Source: Mobula birostris | Lineage: Eukaryota | Length of the DNA stretch: 64,000 bases | Assembly: GCF_030028105.1 (NCBI RefSeq) | Contig: NC_092380.1 | Span: 40,867,920-40,931,919 of the forward strand | Reading direction: 5' to 3' | Shown here: positions 36,901-51,900 of the stretch, piece by piece | How positions within the stretch are numbered: the first letter of the stretch is position 1 | Layout of the letters: each line of letters starts with the position of its first letter | Program-made: the position numbers and the translations under genes | The notes under the pieces: generated by a model | What the model was told of the DNA's origin: nothing | Databases searched by the model: none | Seen by the model: the letters and a program-made list of their open reading frames with translations, nothing else

Positions 36901-39900
36901 AATTTTTTTCCAATATAGCAAGGGGTTTTCATTATTTGATTCAGCTGAAAACGAGATCATAGCTGCTTCTGCACAATTAAAGCAGCAGAAACGGGTAACA
37001 GAGTGATCTTGCCCACGTGTCTGTGTTTAATTCAAGAGAGACCAGTGATCTTTGCACTCAGGATTATTGTCATAGTCAGCCCAAAAGCAAACTGACACAT
37101 CATTTTCTGTCTGCTGCACTGTGTTCCGTATCGACTCTCAGTAAATCATTGTCTCAAATGAGTTTGGAAAGTGCCAATTTCTACAGGCTAAAACTAAGAC
37201 CAGAATTCATTTACAAACAGCACCATCCTCATATGAAAACTGGCTGTGTATGAAGTAATTTACAATTATAAGTAATTTTCAGCATGAATAATGAAATAAT
37301 TGTGTTTTCTATTTAGCTATTAGTTGGAGAGACTGGTTGTTCTGCCTCAGCTTGTTAGAACACTATCCTCACCCATTAAGTTTTATTGTGAAATGGTAAA
37401 GAAGTTAAGTAAGGATGGTATTGGTGGAAACCATTTCTCAAACAATGAGGGAAATTTTAACAAGGCAGTTTACAGCATCAATTCCTCCAACAAAGTTAAA
37501 ATTGTGTACAATAGATAACATCACCATGATGCCCAGCATATTTGACATTCTTGCTTTTTTTTCTTTACTCTTAACTGCATATTTTCTAACCATTATAAGT
37601 TTTAATCAGTTATTCTGGACGAGCTGAGAGGGAGATACCGAGGCTGCAGATTGGGTGAAAAGCGACGCAACAAAAGACGGAGATATAACCATATCTCCCG
37701 CCTGTCATTATGGGGAGCATAAGATCACTGGCAAATAAGATGGAGGAACTAGCAGTACTCGCAAGGACACAGAATGAATATCAGGTGTATTGGGTTTCAT
37801 CGAAACATGGTTACACGAGCAAATCCCAGATTCCAACACTACTGTGAATGGGTTTTCAATGCTACGAGCAGATAGTTAATCTACAGTGCAGTAAGAGGAA
37901 GGGAGGTGGGCTTGCTGTGCTTGTGAACAGCAGATGGTGTAATCCGGTCATATTTCTGTAAGAGAACGAATCTGCAGTCTGGACAGAAACCGCTTGCTGT
38001 GAATATGCGACCATTTTATCTACCACATGGGATCAGCTATGCCATATCGCTCGTTGTCTACATTTTACCTTCCACACTCAGTGTCTGATGTCATACACCC
38101 TACCATTGCGAGACTCCAGCCTCAATACCGATGTGTTCATTGCAGTACTTCAACCATGTTTCTATCTCAACAACCCTCTCCACCTTCCATCAGTTTGTCA
38201 ACTGTCATACAAGAGGAAGCAAAGCTGGACCTCTTGTATGCAAATGTTAAAGATACACCCAGCTCCACAGCTCTCACCCCACTTGGAAGACTTGATCACA
38301 ACCTGGTTCACTTCATGGCCTTGTATAAGCCCAAAGTACAGCAACAGCTAGTTGCCACTAAGATAGTAGAGAAATGGTCTTCAGAGGCTTTGAAGGGCTG
38401 CTTTGAAGTTACTGACTGGAATGTGCTTTCTGAACCATATGGGGAGGACATTAATGGACTTACTGATTGCATCACTGGCTTCATCAAGTTCTGTGTGGAC
38501 ACTGTAATACCATCAAGGACTATTTGCTGCTTCCATAACAACAAACCATGGGTCACCAGTGATCCAAAGGCTCTTCTCAACCACAAAGAGGGATCCTTTA
38601 AATCAGGAGATAGGGAGGAATTGAAACGTGTGCAAAGGGAGCTAAAGGAGATGATCAAGGTGGCTAAAGAGTAATACAGGAGAGAGCTGGAGGTTAAGCT
38701 TGGGCTGAGTAGCACACTGGAGGTGTGGCGAGGCATGAAGAACATCACTGGCTTCAATCAGCCTAGCTGTAGAGCCTTGGAATGCAGCCGTGAATGAGTT
38801 AAACCAATTCTTCAAGAGGTTTGACAATTGCCCTCCTGTCCATACTCCCCTCAGCACACCAATGCAGGGGCACCCAATGCTCCCTCAGCACCAACGCCTC
38901 CCCTCCTCCCTCCACCCCCCTCCAATTCAACATGTGGATGAATAACACAGGTCACCACTGTCCACATCCCTTCCTTGCCCTGCACCTACCATGCACACCT
39001 CCACATACCAACTGTTATCATCCCAATCTTCACCTCCCCAAACCCCACCTTCCACCAACTCCCCTACATAACAACTGCTATCATCCCAATCTTCATCTTC
39101 CACCAACTCCCCAAACATCATGGACTCGCCTTCACTGCTGAGCAGGTGAGAAGGTCTCTGGGGAAACTCAGTCACGGCAAAGCATTGGGACCGGATGGTG
39201 TGAACCCCAACGTCCTGAAGGAGTGTTCTGAGCAGTTGTGTGGAGTTCTTCAGCGCATTTTCATTCTGAGTCTCAGCCTGGAAAGGATCCTGTGTGTGTA
39301 ATAAACATCACGTATGGTCCCAGTACCCAAGAAGGGCCAACCAAAAGTCTTGAATGACTTCTGACCTCACACACCATGAAGACCCTAGAGAGGTTGGTCC
39401 TGGCTCACCTCCGACCCCTGGTCGAATCAGCCCTCGATTCCCTGCAGTTTGCCTACCAGGAGAACCAACTCCCATTTGGATAAGCAGGGCAGCACTGTGA
39501 GGATCATGTTTTTTCATTTCTCAAGTGCCTTCAATACCATACAGCCCTCATTGCTGGGGGAAAAGCTCTGTTCAATGCAGATTGGCACTTCCATTGATTC
39601 CTGGATAATGGACTACCACAGACCACAATTTGTGTGGCTTCAGAGCTGTGTGTCAGGCATGGCTATGAGCAGCACTGGCTCCCTCCTGATTACCCTGTAT
39701 ACCTTGGACTTCAGATAGAAGACTGAGTGATGTCATCTGCAGAAGTACTCTAATGACTCAATGATAGTTGGGTGTATGAAAGGAGGACAGGAGGATGAAT
39801 ACAGGGCCCTGGTTGAGGACTTTGTCAAATGGTGCAAGCTGAATCATCTGCAGCTCAACATCAGTAAGACAAAGGAGATTGTGATGGACTTTAGGAAGAC

Positions 39901-42900
39901 TAAACCTGCTCTGCTCCCTGTTACTGTTGATGGTGAGGACATAGATGTGGTGAGGACTTACAAGTACTGGGGGACGCAGAGTGGAGCACCAACACAGAGG
40001 CTGTGTACAAGGAAGTCCAGAGTCACCTCTACTTCCTGAGGAGATTGAGGTCCTTTGGAGTATGCAGGCCTCTCCTTCACATGTTCTGCCAGTCTGTTGT
40101 TGCCAGTACAATTTTCTATGCGGTGGTGTGCTGGGGCAAAGACATCAACACGGGTGATGCCAACAGGCTCAATAAACAGATTAGAAAGTCTGGCTCTGTT
40201 ATAGGAGTCAAACTGGACACACTGGAGGCTGTGGTAGAACAAAGAATCCCACAGAAAATCCTGGCAATTCTGGACAATGTTTCTCGCCCTCTGCAGGCCA
40301 CCTTGACTGAACAGGGGAGCACTTTTAGTGATAGACTAAGACAACTGTGCTGCTCCAAAGAGCACTATGTGAGGTCATTCTTACCCTCAGCCATTAGGCT
40401 CTACAATGAGTCAGCCTACAGCCGGGAAAGTGATAATCCCCTCCTTTTAGACTGTTTGTGGCAACTTTTTTTTAATTCTTTCTACTTCTCTTATATTTAT
40501 CTCTGTGCACTTGTAATGGTACTTTGACACTGTAATTTCCTTTGGGATCAATAAAATATCTATCTATCTTATTTGAACAAACTCATTAATCAGCAAAGTC
40601 ATTACCTCATTAATACATTTAACAACAAAGTTATTTGAAATCCTTAATCCAGTCACATTGCAGAAATCATTAAGTCAGGTATTTTAGGAACGAGAATGCT
40701 TCAATGTCAACAGGAATTTACGGGATTGGGGTTAACTTGTTTCATCGAAAGAGCTACACAACAAAATCTAGGTGTGAAGACAGGAATGAGCCATTCAACC
40801 CATAGAGCTGGTTCCCTCATTCCTTGAGATCTTGGCTTACTCCATTACCTTAACTCCATTCCTGCTTAATGTCTTAATATCTGTTAATCATGGGTTTGAA
40901 ATATTTAGTTGACCCCCATCCCCTCCCCCCAGCCTCAGCTGCTTTCTCGGAAAGAGGGTCCCAGATTTACTCTACCAGCCAGTTGGTAATAGATACCTGT
41001 TTTGGGTGTGTTAAATTATTGGCTGAGTCTAGGATAGAGGAAAGTCCTATTTGAACATAGAATGCAGATCATAGAATAGTACAGCACAATAACAGGCCCT
41101 TTGCCCACAATGTTGTGCCAAGCCAGCTAAAAAGTAAATCAAAAAATCTCCAGAACTAATCCCACCTACCTATTCAATGTCCATATCCCTCCATCTTCCT
41201 CTTATTCATGTGCCTATCTAAAGATCTCTTAAACGCCCCTAATGTATTTGCCTCTAACACCTTACCAGATGGCACATTCCAGGTATCCACAGCTTTCTGA
41301 GTGCAAAACTTACCACTCACATCTTCCTTGAACCTACCCCCTCTCACCTTCAATGCATGCCCTCTGGTATTAGACATTTCTACCCTGGGGGAAAAAAGCA
41401 CTCCCTGTCTACTCTCTCTATGCCTCTCATAATTTTATAAACCTCTATTAGATTTCCCCTCAGCCTCCAGAGAAAACAATACAAGCTTTGTCCAGTCTCT
41501 CATGATAGCACATGTCCCCTAAACCAGGCAAGCACCCTGGTTAACCACTTCTGCACTCTCCAGAGCCTGAACATCCATCCTACAGTGGGGCAACCAGAAC
41601 TCTATAAAATTTTAACATAACTTAGTGACTTTTGAGCTCAATGCCTCGACTAATAAAAACAAGCATTCCCTGAGCCTTCTTAACCACTCTATTGGCCTGT
41701 GGCCCCTTTCAAAAAGCTATGAACTTGGACCCCAAGATCTCTCTGCTCAGCAACACTGTTAAGGGTCTTGTACCGTCTCCTTACATTTGCCCTACCTAGG
41801 TATCGTTAATCCCTGTCCATGTGCAGCAAGGGAGAGGTATATGGCCCTCTCTAACCACACAAACCTTGTTCCACTGCAGACACATTTTAGGTGCAAGCCT
41901 GGATGCGTGTTGGGAGACGGTGGACAATGTGTGAGGTCCTGGGGATGTGGAACAAGGAGAGCAGGTGGATGGTGGTGCAGAGCTACATGTTGGCACAGCA
42001 AGGACGTATGGGTACTCAAGACAGCATCCTGCCACAGGCGTGACCGTAAGCCACGTTTGAGAGATGCTAATTGTGCTGTATATCAGAAGTGAGCATGCAA
42101 AATGGGAGTGAGAGAGCATAAACAGATGTAATATTGAAGGTCCAGTCCTGGCAGCAATGCATGGTGTGGGTGGGACCTGATCTTGGTTAAGTGCACTCCA
42201 CTGTACCATAGCAATTATGGGGACAGAAGATAAAAGTGTCACTCTTTGAACCAGGCTATTTTAAGTAGCTATGTGTTTATTGTGTCTTGCTCAATGGTGG
42301 CCTGTCACAGAGCTAGCTGGCTGTGTCATTACTGACTCTCATTAGATGTATAAGTTGTAAAAAGATGTAATTCTTTAGCACCTCCAAAACTACAGGCAGG
42401 ACAGAGCAATGGAAATAATATGGCTAGAGGTTTTCATGTAAGCAATGCAGCAGCCAGTGCCTACACAATTGAGTTTCCACCAGTGGTACAGGGGTAAACA
42501 TTACAGGAGAATAAATGTTGTCCAGGTTACTGTCAACACTTTCCTCAATATTCCATGGAAGAGTACTGTGGGATGTTTAGCATTTAAGATGTGAAGAAAG
42601 GCTCATCATTGAGGTGGTGGCTCGCAGGTCAACCTGATAAAGTTGTCTTTCTCTTGTTGTTAGGTTGGTCATGAACCACTGCCCCCTACTCCAGGCCGGA
42701 ACATCTTCGGACGGCCTGTTCTCCAGCTGCCTGGGCTCTTTGCTTATGGTAAGTATCAAAGTAAATTAGAATACTGAATGTCCTGCAGATTGCTGTTTGC
42801 TAACGTTCCTGCGTTTTGGATATCCTTAGCCACAGGGTAGCTAGAGTTTTCACTGTGTAACACTCTCACCAGGGCTCATATATAAACTTGGCTCGTTACC

Positions 42901-45900
42901 TAACTCTGCTAACAGCCACGTGACTCAGTAGTGAGAAGGCCACGTTTCATAAACAATATACGTCTAGGGTTGGTATGATTTAGCGTTCAACAAAACAGGA
43001 ACATTGAGAATTCTAATTAAAGGAATCTTGATTTGAGTGAATTCTGTGTAAATGCTGTCCATACATAATTATTGTTTGGTGAGAAATAATAGATTGTGCA
43101 CCGTATAAAATTATAAAGAAAGTATGTTTATCAATTTCAGCTTTATCAAACAGTTAATACGTTAAAAAAAGGCCCATTACAATTAAACCAGTGTAAATAT
43201 GCACATAATCATTGGAGCTCGTGTCGTGTCTGTGGTGGTCGGGTGTACAGCTTTACTCACTGCGCTGTATTCTCATCACTAATCACAGATAGAGCTTCCC
43301 CTTCATGGACTCCTTCGTGTCGTGAAGCACTCCTTGCATTAGGGTCTCCCCTTCGGATCAGATCCTCTAGGCATCCTCCCAAATACACTCTTCTCCACAT
43401 CTCCCACCGAAAGACCAAGAAACCAAGCACTGTCCAACACATCTCTCTAGAATTTTCTTTTGATCGTACCATCCTGATTGACACAACATTCCTAAGTTGA
43501 ACAACATGGTTCCTTTAGCCAAAACCAAAATACTCTACCAGCAGGACACATCTTTTACAGAAAACTGCTAAAATGAAATACCTACACCATAACAGTAGAA
43601 ATCTTAACCAGGGCATTATAACTGTTTATGCTGTGTCTGCCCTGGCAATGTGAGATGGACAGCCTGAAGGAAGCTCAAGCTGAGCATAGTGATCCTTGGT
43701 GGGCACTGTAGAGGGAGTTTGACATTATACACCTGTTTAACTGTCCTTCAATGTAAAGAGAGTGAGGTTGCTATGAATCAGCAATGCAAATTCTTGTTTT
43801 GCATCCTGACAATATTCTTCTATTGTTGTAAACATTACTTGCAATAGCATTGATACTTAATTGTCATTTGTCTTGCAGCCAAGCACATTGTGAAAATTGA
43901 TGGAAAGCGAGGCCTTTTTAAAGGCCTAGTTCCCCGGCTGTGTGCAGGTACCATTGGGACGGTCGTACATAGCAAGGTGCTGCAAGTGAGTACACTATCA
44001 ATGGTGAGCCGAGGAGTCGTACTACTATACTAGTCACTGCATCAGGGAATGTTGGGCAGTATCCCATGACAAGTTCATGGCTCTTCTCACAGTAAGCTAT
44101 GTCTGTCACCCAGTGTGCTGGCTTAGTATGCACTGATCTGCATTGGATGGATTGTGAGAATGTTGCGAGTATGCATGTGCCATTTGATTGGGCGGTGAAT
44201 CAATTTGGCCTCCTATGCATGGAGAGCTCTCCCTTTTCATGTGGGTTTTCAAGTGTGCATGTCTTCTCACCTCAGCAGACTTGCTTCATAGCTCCCACAA
44301 TGTAAGCATGTAACATTATTAACATGCCTTAGTAAAAACGTTTAGTCTACTACTCTGTTGTTCTTGCTCTGTGCATACTTAACAGTGTAACGTACTCCAC
44401 AAGTAGACGAGGCTGGGGAGCTGGGATGCTCAAAGCCTGGGAAGGAGCTGCTAGTAGACTAGGAATTGAACTGCTAGCTGAATATGACCACTTCCTTTAC
44501 AGACATATCCTCAGTTGTTCTGCAGTCCCTTCCTCTCTCACTCTGTCTCGTTTTGTTACAGCACTACCATGATACAAAAGTTACTGAGGTGAGTGTCTGC
44601 TTTGCAGTTGAACTCTTTCTAGTTGTGTCTCTGTGTTATTGCAGATGAAAATAGCTGACCTTCTGTAGAAAAGAATGTGTGGGGGAACAGACAGAAGCTG
44701 TCATCAGGAGCCACATGACACTGAGTCATCCATTTAAGCAACTACACTGATTTAAAGGGAAGGGAAACAGATCTCTCATCCATTACCTTGGGCTCTCAGT
44801 AAAAACCTTGAGACTTGTCCATTTACTAAGTAGGCTGTTTCTGAAATTGGTTCTTTTTTCATAGACACTCAATCACCATTATTTCTCATCAGGAGCAATT
44901 GTCCTTGGCTCATGGAATTCATTTCCTATGCATAAATCGCCCTACTTCAGTCTGCAACCTTGTTATGTGTGTCCATTATGCTGTATGCAAGACCACACCA
45001 TTTGTTTGAGCAGACTGCAGGATGTCTTATTTTGCTTGTAAACCAACTGGACTTCTTGTTTGCAATCTATTCTTTAACTTTCATTGGTGTTGTGAATACA
45101 TCTTTTCAAAATGGCAAAGTAGTGCCTCTTTCCATAAGTTTTCTTCAGTTGATTGTTGATGTAAAGCTAGATATAACGTAAGCCAACTGACAATTCAAGA
45201 GTTCCCTTCACGAATGTAATGAACACTAGTACTTTGCAGACCTTCACTGCACTGGTTATTTACCAATGATAGTTTTTATTTTTCCTTGCAGTGCTTAGAA
45301 TTGGGAAAGCTTGCAGGTTCATCTTCATTGTATCGTGTGTTTGAAGAGGTAAGCTTGGCTGGCCTGCTGAAGCTCATTATCCAGGACAATCAAAAACAAG
45401 GAACCATTCCTCTAATTTTTAACATACTTTCAGGAAAAAGTACCATTTGCAGGACTGAAATAGAATCAAATGTTGTTGCTGATGTACTATGTAGATACAC
45501 AGTACTACATAACTATCTACTCCTGCATTGCAGTTATTCCTTATAGCCCTGATTGTGCTATTGATCCTTATCAATACCACTTGACTATCCAAATGAAACG
45601 TTGAATGCCAGTTTTATTAAAACTGGTCCGCTCAGAGCCCTCTGTTTGTTAAAACTGGTCCGCTCGGAGCCCTCTGTTTGTTAAAACTAGTCCGCTTGGA
45701 GCCCTCTGTTTATTAAAACTGGTCCGCTCTGAGCCCTCTGTTTGTTAAAACTGGTCCGCTCGGAGCCCTCTGTTTGTTAAAACTAGTCCGCTTGGAGCCC
45801 TCTGTTTATTAAAACTGGTCCGCTCTGAGCCCTCTGTTTGTTAAAACTGGTCCGCTCCAAGCCCTCTGTTTGTTAAAACTGGTCCGCTCTGAGCCCTCTG

Positions 45901-48900
45901 TTTCTTAAAACTGGTCTGCTCAGAACCCTCTGTTTCTTAAAACTGGTCTGCTCAGAACCCTCTGTTTGTTAAGACTGGTCCACTCAGAGCCCTCTGTTTG
46001 TTGATGTACCATGGTCAGTTCTTCTATCACATTATATTTCAACCTTTAAGCAGAATTTACCTCTTCCTCCTCAAACCAGTCCTTACCTCATATAAGGTAA
46101 GCAATACCCCTACCCGTCACCTTTGTCTAATCTTCAATATCATTATCAAGTCAGTCCTCATCAAATCCTCAATGTCCACCCCCTGTTAATGTTTCTTTAA
46201 CAGTAGTGGGGGTATTGGGGATGAATCTTATCATAACCGTCAACTTTGCAGGACTATAAATTAATTACAACACAGGTTAGGTGGAATGTAACTCCCTCTG
46301 CAGTTTAACTTCTGCTGACTGGGCCATAAGAGGTTTGAGCAATAGGACATCTGTGCTTTTAAAATAAGTATTTTCTTTGTCTTTAGACAACGCGGGAGAT
46401 GATTGCTCGCTCCACAGCCACTATTGTCACCCACCCCTTCCATGGTAAGATTGCTGCTGCCTTTAACTACATTTACTATATTGCATCAGTGAAGAATGCA
46501 CAGAGGTGTAATGTGAAGTTGTTTCATTACAGTGATTACCTTGAGATGTATGATACAGTTCATTGGACAGGAAACTAAGTACAGGTGAGTGCAGAGAATT
46601 GACTGGTCAAGGATAGGCTCGGGAAGCTGGTGGTGATCCAAATGTGATGAATGTTTCCCTCACTAGATGATAAAGAAACATTGAGCACCTAGGACATGCT
46701 GGAAGTGACTGCAGCAAATTTGCCTCTCAGTTCATGGAATAAAAGTAATTTATGACTCGCTCGGAGGGCATTCCACCAACCATATACATGCCAGTGTTGT
46801 GCATTGGTGGAAATGCTTATATTTTATTTTATTTTATTGAGATACAGTGTGGAGTAAGCCCAGCAATCTCCAATTTAACCCTAGTCTAGTCACAAGACAA
46901 TTTACAATGACCAATTAACCTACTAACCGGTATGTCTTGGAAGAGGCAAGGAAACCACAGCACCTGGAAGTATCTGAAATTGCCTCCAAATTATAATCCA
47001 CCCTCATCAGCAGTGTTCCATGACTATGTCCGTAGACTCAGCACATTTGTAGTGCACAGCCACAACATCAAACTCTGGAGAATGTGCATAGCCACATCCA
47101 GATTTAAAATGCAAAATCTAAGGCATAATCATTTTCAAAGTGCACACATCATGTTAGCATCTATAATGTATTTGGCAACGCAGTAGAGACACAGCCTGTC
47201 ACTGAGTGTGTGCACATAGTGATAATATGAATTCAAGAGCATTTAATGAACAACTGTATCGATGCTCCTGTTTATACACTGGAGTGCTTGCCCAAGCATG
47301 GCATAGGAATTCAGGTGTATGCTCACAGGCATATCAATTCAAAACTGTGGACATTTGTGCAGCATGTTAATTTAGGATTTTGCACCCAGGCACAGAATAT
47401 TAACTCAAGTGTCCTCATGGGCATGGCATATGAATTCAGGAACATTCACATGGGCACAGCATGTTAATTCAGCAAACTGTTTCAGGAGCATGTGCACATC
47501 TGCAGTGTCGAACTCGCACACAAGCACGGCTTATTTAGAGAAGACTGGGCAGGCTTGGCTTGTGTCTGCTTGGAGATGAGAAGAGTGAGAGTGGACTGAA
47601 TGAAAACATATGATCTTGAGGGTGGATGTAGAGAGGATGTTTTCACTTGTGGAAAAACTAGAATTGAGGGTCATGGTTTAAATATGTACTCCAATTTAAG
47701 ACAGCAATCAAGTGAAAATTTTCTCTGAGGATCACAGGTCTCTGGAACTGTTCCTCAAAGAAGCAGAGTAGATTCTTAATCTTCTTGGGTAGATTCTTAA
47801 TAAACAAAGGAGTAAATATTGCCAAGGGAATATAGACTTGAGGTTACAGTCAGACTAGCCCTGAACTAATTGAATGGTGGAGTAGAATTGAGTGAGCCCC
47901 TTACCTACCATCCTCTCATGTTTATATCTGAATTCTGCAGTATGATAATGACTACTACGTCGACTCAGGCCTAGGGGGCCGGCATCGAGTATGGTAATGA
48001 CTCGCATATTAATACTGGAGTGTGTACATGAACAGCATATGAATTCAGGGCAATGCATACAGACAATGTGTGTGAGTTCTCAAAATATCTTATGACGTAG
48101 GAGGAGGCTGTGTGGACTAGCAAGCCTACACCAGTAAGTGGATTCAGGAGGGCGTGCATAGGCAGTGTATTTGAATTTGGAAGCTTTTGCATAGGCACAG
48201 CATTTAAACTGAGGATGATGCACACAGCCAGAGTGTTTGATGTTTTAGTGTATTGTTTGGTCCGGGGACCTGTGCTATTGTACAAAACTGATACACAGCC
48301 AGAGCGTACTGAGATTATCAATTGCATGACCATGTTCTCTTGATGCTCAAGCATGCACATCACCGGAGTGTATTAAAGCTGAAATACGTGCACAGTTGTA
48401 CTGATACTCGAGTGTCTGTCCAACCATGGTGTGCTGTGTGCATTCAGTGATCCGATGCATGAAATGGTAGATCATCTGGTGTGATGATACCTAAGTGTGC
48501 ATACAGCTATAGCAGAGCATATAATGACTGAGCTTGTGCACAGGCACAGTGAATGGATGATTTGTTGGTTCATGTTATGGTATTAAGTTACATAGATAGC
48601 TAGAGTTCTTGACAGCTGACTTAGAGACATAATTCAAATCTTACTGTGGCAGCAGAGAATTTTAAATTGAACAGTTAATAGAGGGGGAAAAAGTCTAGAA
48701 TTTTAAAAAAACTATTTGGTGTCAGTAAAGTTAGCCATGAAATTACTGGATTGTTTTTAAAAATCCAGTTTGAACCATTACATCCTTCACAGAAGGAAAT
48801 CTACCATCCTTACTCACCCATAACTTATCCAAACCCACTACTGTCATTGTTTCTTACCTGCCTCCTCAGTTCAGAAGATGGAGGGATAGAGAAAACAGAT

Positions 48901-51900
48901 TTGCATTTCTGTTCGCTCACATGATTACATTGGAGAGGATGCAGAGGACGTTCACCAGGATGGAGTGGTCCATCCATGAGGGGAGTCAAATTAGGCTGGG
49001 TCTCCTCTGGAGTAGAGGTGACTCCAGGCATAAGTTGAAAGCAACAGGAGAGAGATTTAAAGAATTTTTTTCTCTCAGGGTGAATCTATTCCATATTTCA
49101 CTCCCTGAGGGGTGGTAGATCAGATATTCCTGCCTTTAAGAAGTTTAGAAGGCCACTTAAATGCTATGGCATAGAATGCTACAGGCCAAGTGCTGGAAAG
49201 TGGGATTAGGTCAGACAGGGCATGGTGGCAAAAAATGCCTGATTATGTGCGTATGACTATAATAAATTACTAATGATATCCTCATCCTGTGAATAGGTAT
49301 GTCACAATAGCCCTTCAACCACCAAGTCTTTCTCAGCTATCTACATTAATTCTTTATTCATTCTCCCCACATTCACGCATTCTCCCCCCGTCCCCCCCAG
49401 ATTCCACCACTCACCCACACTATAAGGACAATTTACAGTGGCCAAGTAATCTACCAACCCGCATTGGAACTGTGTCCTGATACAGAGTTAAAGAATGGAT
49501 ACGAACAAACAAACATATGAGTTTGCAGCAGGAGTAGGACACTCACCTCTGAACTGTTCCTGTTATTGAAAGCTTGTAAACTCAGTTTTGCATCCCCACC
49601 TTGCCTATCAAGAATCTACTTGTTTTAAAAATATTCAGAATTCTGCTTCTAGTGGTCTCTCGGGAAGAGTTATAATTTGTGACTTTTGGAGAGAAACTAC
49701 TTTGCCTCATCTCTGACTTGGCTGGGCAATGTTTTTTTTTAACTGAAGTTCTATAAAAACTGCATCCAGTTACAGCACATTAATGCTTGAATGTACACAC
49801 AACCGCTATTTTGATGGATTAAGTAATGCTAAATTGATGTCAAAATGCAGACACTGGATTTTTTTTTTTTTTTGAAGATTGATAGTTTTTTTGTCTTTAA
49901 CTCTCCAGTGGGGTATTCGGTTCGGTAGTAACAATCTACCGAGAAGAAGGATTATTAGGCTTCTTTGCGTAAGTATAATTTTAACTGCGAATGAATTACT
50001 CTGTAGCCTTAAACCACAATGATTGCTTGTGCAGCTTTGAGGTGAGTAGACAGCATATCTATAGACAAGTTTAGCGACAGGAGATATCTACTGAGTTACA
50101 GGAACTTGGAGGAACAGGCAGTTTCCATGGGCAATCAATGTTTTGGGTCAAGGCTCCAGTTGAGGACCAGCCCTGCTATGCTCATTATTTCTGTCTGTTC
50201 TTGACCCACTGAACTTAACTCCACATACCTCTACACTTTAATGTCTCCTTGTCCAATCCCTTCCCACTTACATCTGGGACACCTTGCATGCCTACTACTA
50301 TTTTGACAACATCTGTTTCCCTGGCCCCCATGACCTCATCCCTCATCAGGAGATAGTTTGGGGCCTTCTGCTTCTTTGTGGAATGAAAATCCAGCCAGTA
50401 CCACTACACCGACACTCTTATCTGCCTGACAGAACTTGTTCTTACACTGAACATCTCTCTTGATTTCTGTCACTTTCTACAAATCAAAGCTGCAGCCTTG
50501 GGCATGGACCCCAGCTGGGCTTGTGTTTTTGTTGGTTACGTAAAACAGTCCATGTTCCAAACCTGGTCTGGTACGACTCACCAACTCTTTCGCCGTACAT
50601 CGGGTGCTGTTTCTTGATCTTGTGTGGAATTCATAAATTGATCATTTTCACTACTATCTTCCACTCCATTCTCAAATTCACTTGGACCATTTTTTTACAT
50701 CTCTCTCACTTTTCTGGATCTCTTTGTTTCTGTCTCCCAAGACAAACTATCTTCTAACATTTATCATAAATCCATTGACTCCCTACAGCTATCTAGACCA
50801 CACCTCTTCCTACTTGGTCCCTCATACATATGCCATCATATTCTCTCAGTTTATATGTGTCTGCTGCATCTGTCCTCAAGATGAGGCCTTCCTTTCCAGG
50901 ATATCTGAAATATCTGCTATCAGGAAACATGGCTCCCCTTCTATTGTAATTAATAGAGCCACTGTCACATCTCCATTGCTCGTACTTGTGTTTTAACCCC
51001 ACCTCTCCCTCACTCAGAACAGAGATGGAGCAACAATCTACTGGAGGGATGTCTGTGTTTGGCTGGAGAAGGAATTGTTGATGTTTTGGGTATAGACCCT
51101 TCATCAGGACAGGTAGCCAGTATAGAAGGGGAGGGTTGAGGCAGGAGCCTGAGGTGAATGATGAACCAAGGAATGGTGAAGAACAACGGGTGAAGTTAGG
51201 AGATAGAAGCAGGTAGATAATGGTTACAGGTAGACCTAGCAAATGGAGTCAGTTGGGGAGGAGAAGATGTGACAAATGGTGAGATCTTGTTGCAGATGGC
51301 AGAAATGATGAAGGATGATGTGTTGATATGGAGTCTGGTAGGGTGAAAGGTGAGCACCGGGGAAACTATCTCGGTGTTCATTCTCCTCATATTCTACATG
51401 GTAGTCTACAACTCAGTGGTATGAACATTGAAGTTCCAATTTTCAAGTGACTCAAACCCGCCCCCCCCAATGATTTTACTTCACCACCTGATCACCCAGC
51501 TTCTCATACCAGCCATTTTTCAAACCCATACTTTGCAATTCCCATTGCCCAGCTTCAGTCTCTCCCACCACCACCACCAGGTGTCATCATCCCTCCCGTA
51601 TCTGCTTCCACTTTTCACCTTCTTTATTGATTGGATTCCAGAATCTGCAGACCTTATCATCTCCACTATACCACAGAATCTATCTCTACTGTTCCCCTTC
51701 CCTTCCCCACTGGGCTCCATCTGTTCATCAGCCCGTTCTGCCTATCACCTTCTAGCCCTGCCTCACCCCTCCCCTCACCTCATTATATCAGCTATCTCCC
51801 CTTTACACTCTCAGTTGACCATCCCTCTGCCCCACAGATGCTGCCTGACTCACTGAATTCTTCCAGCAGTTTGTTTTTCTTTGCATCCTGTATTACTCAC

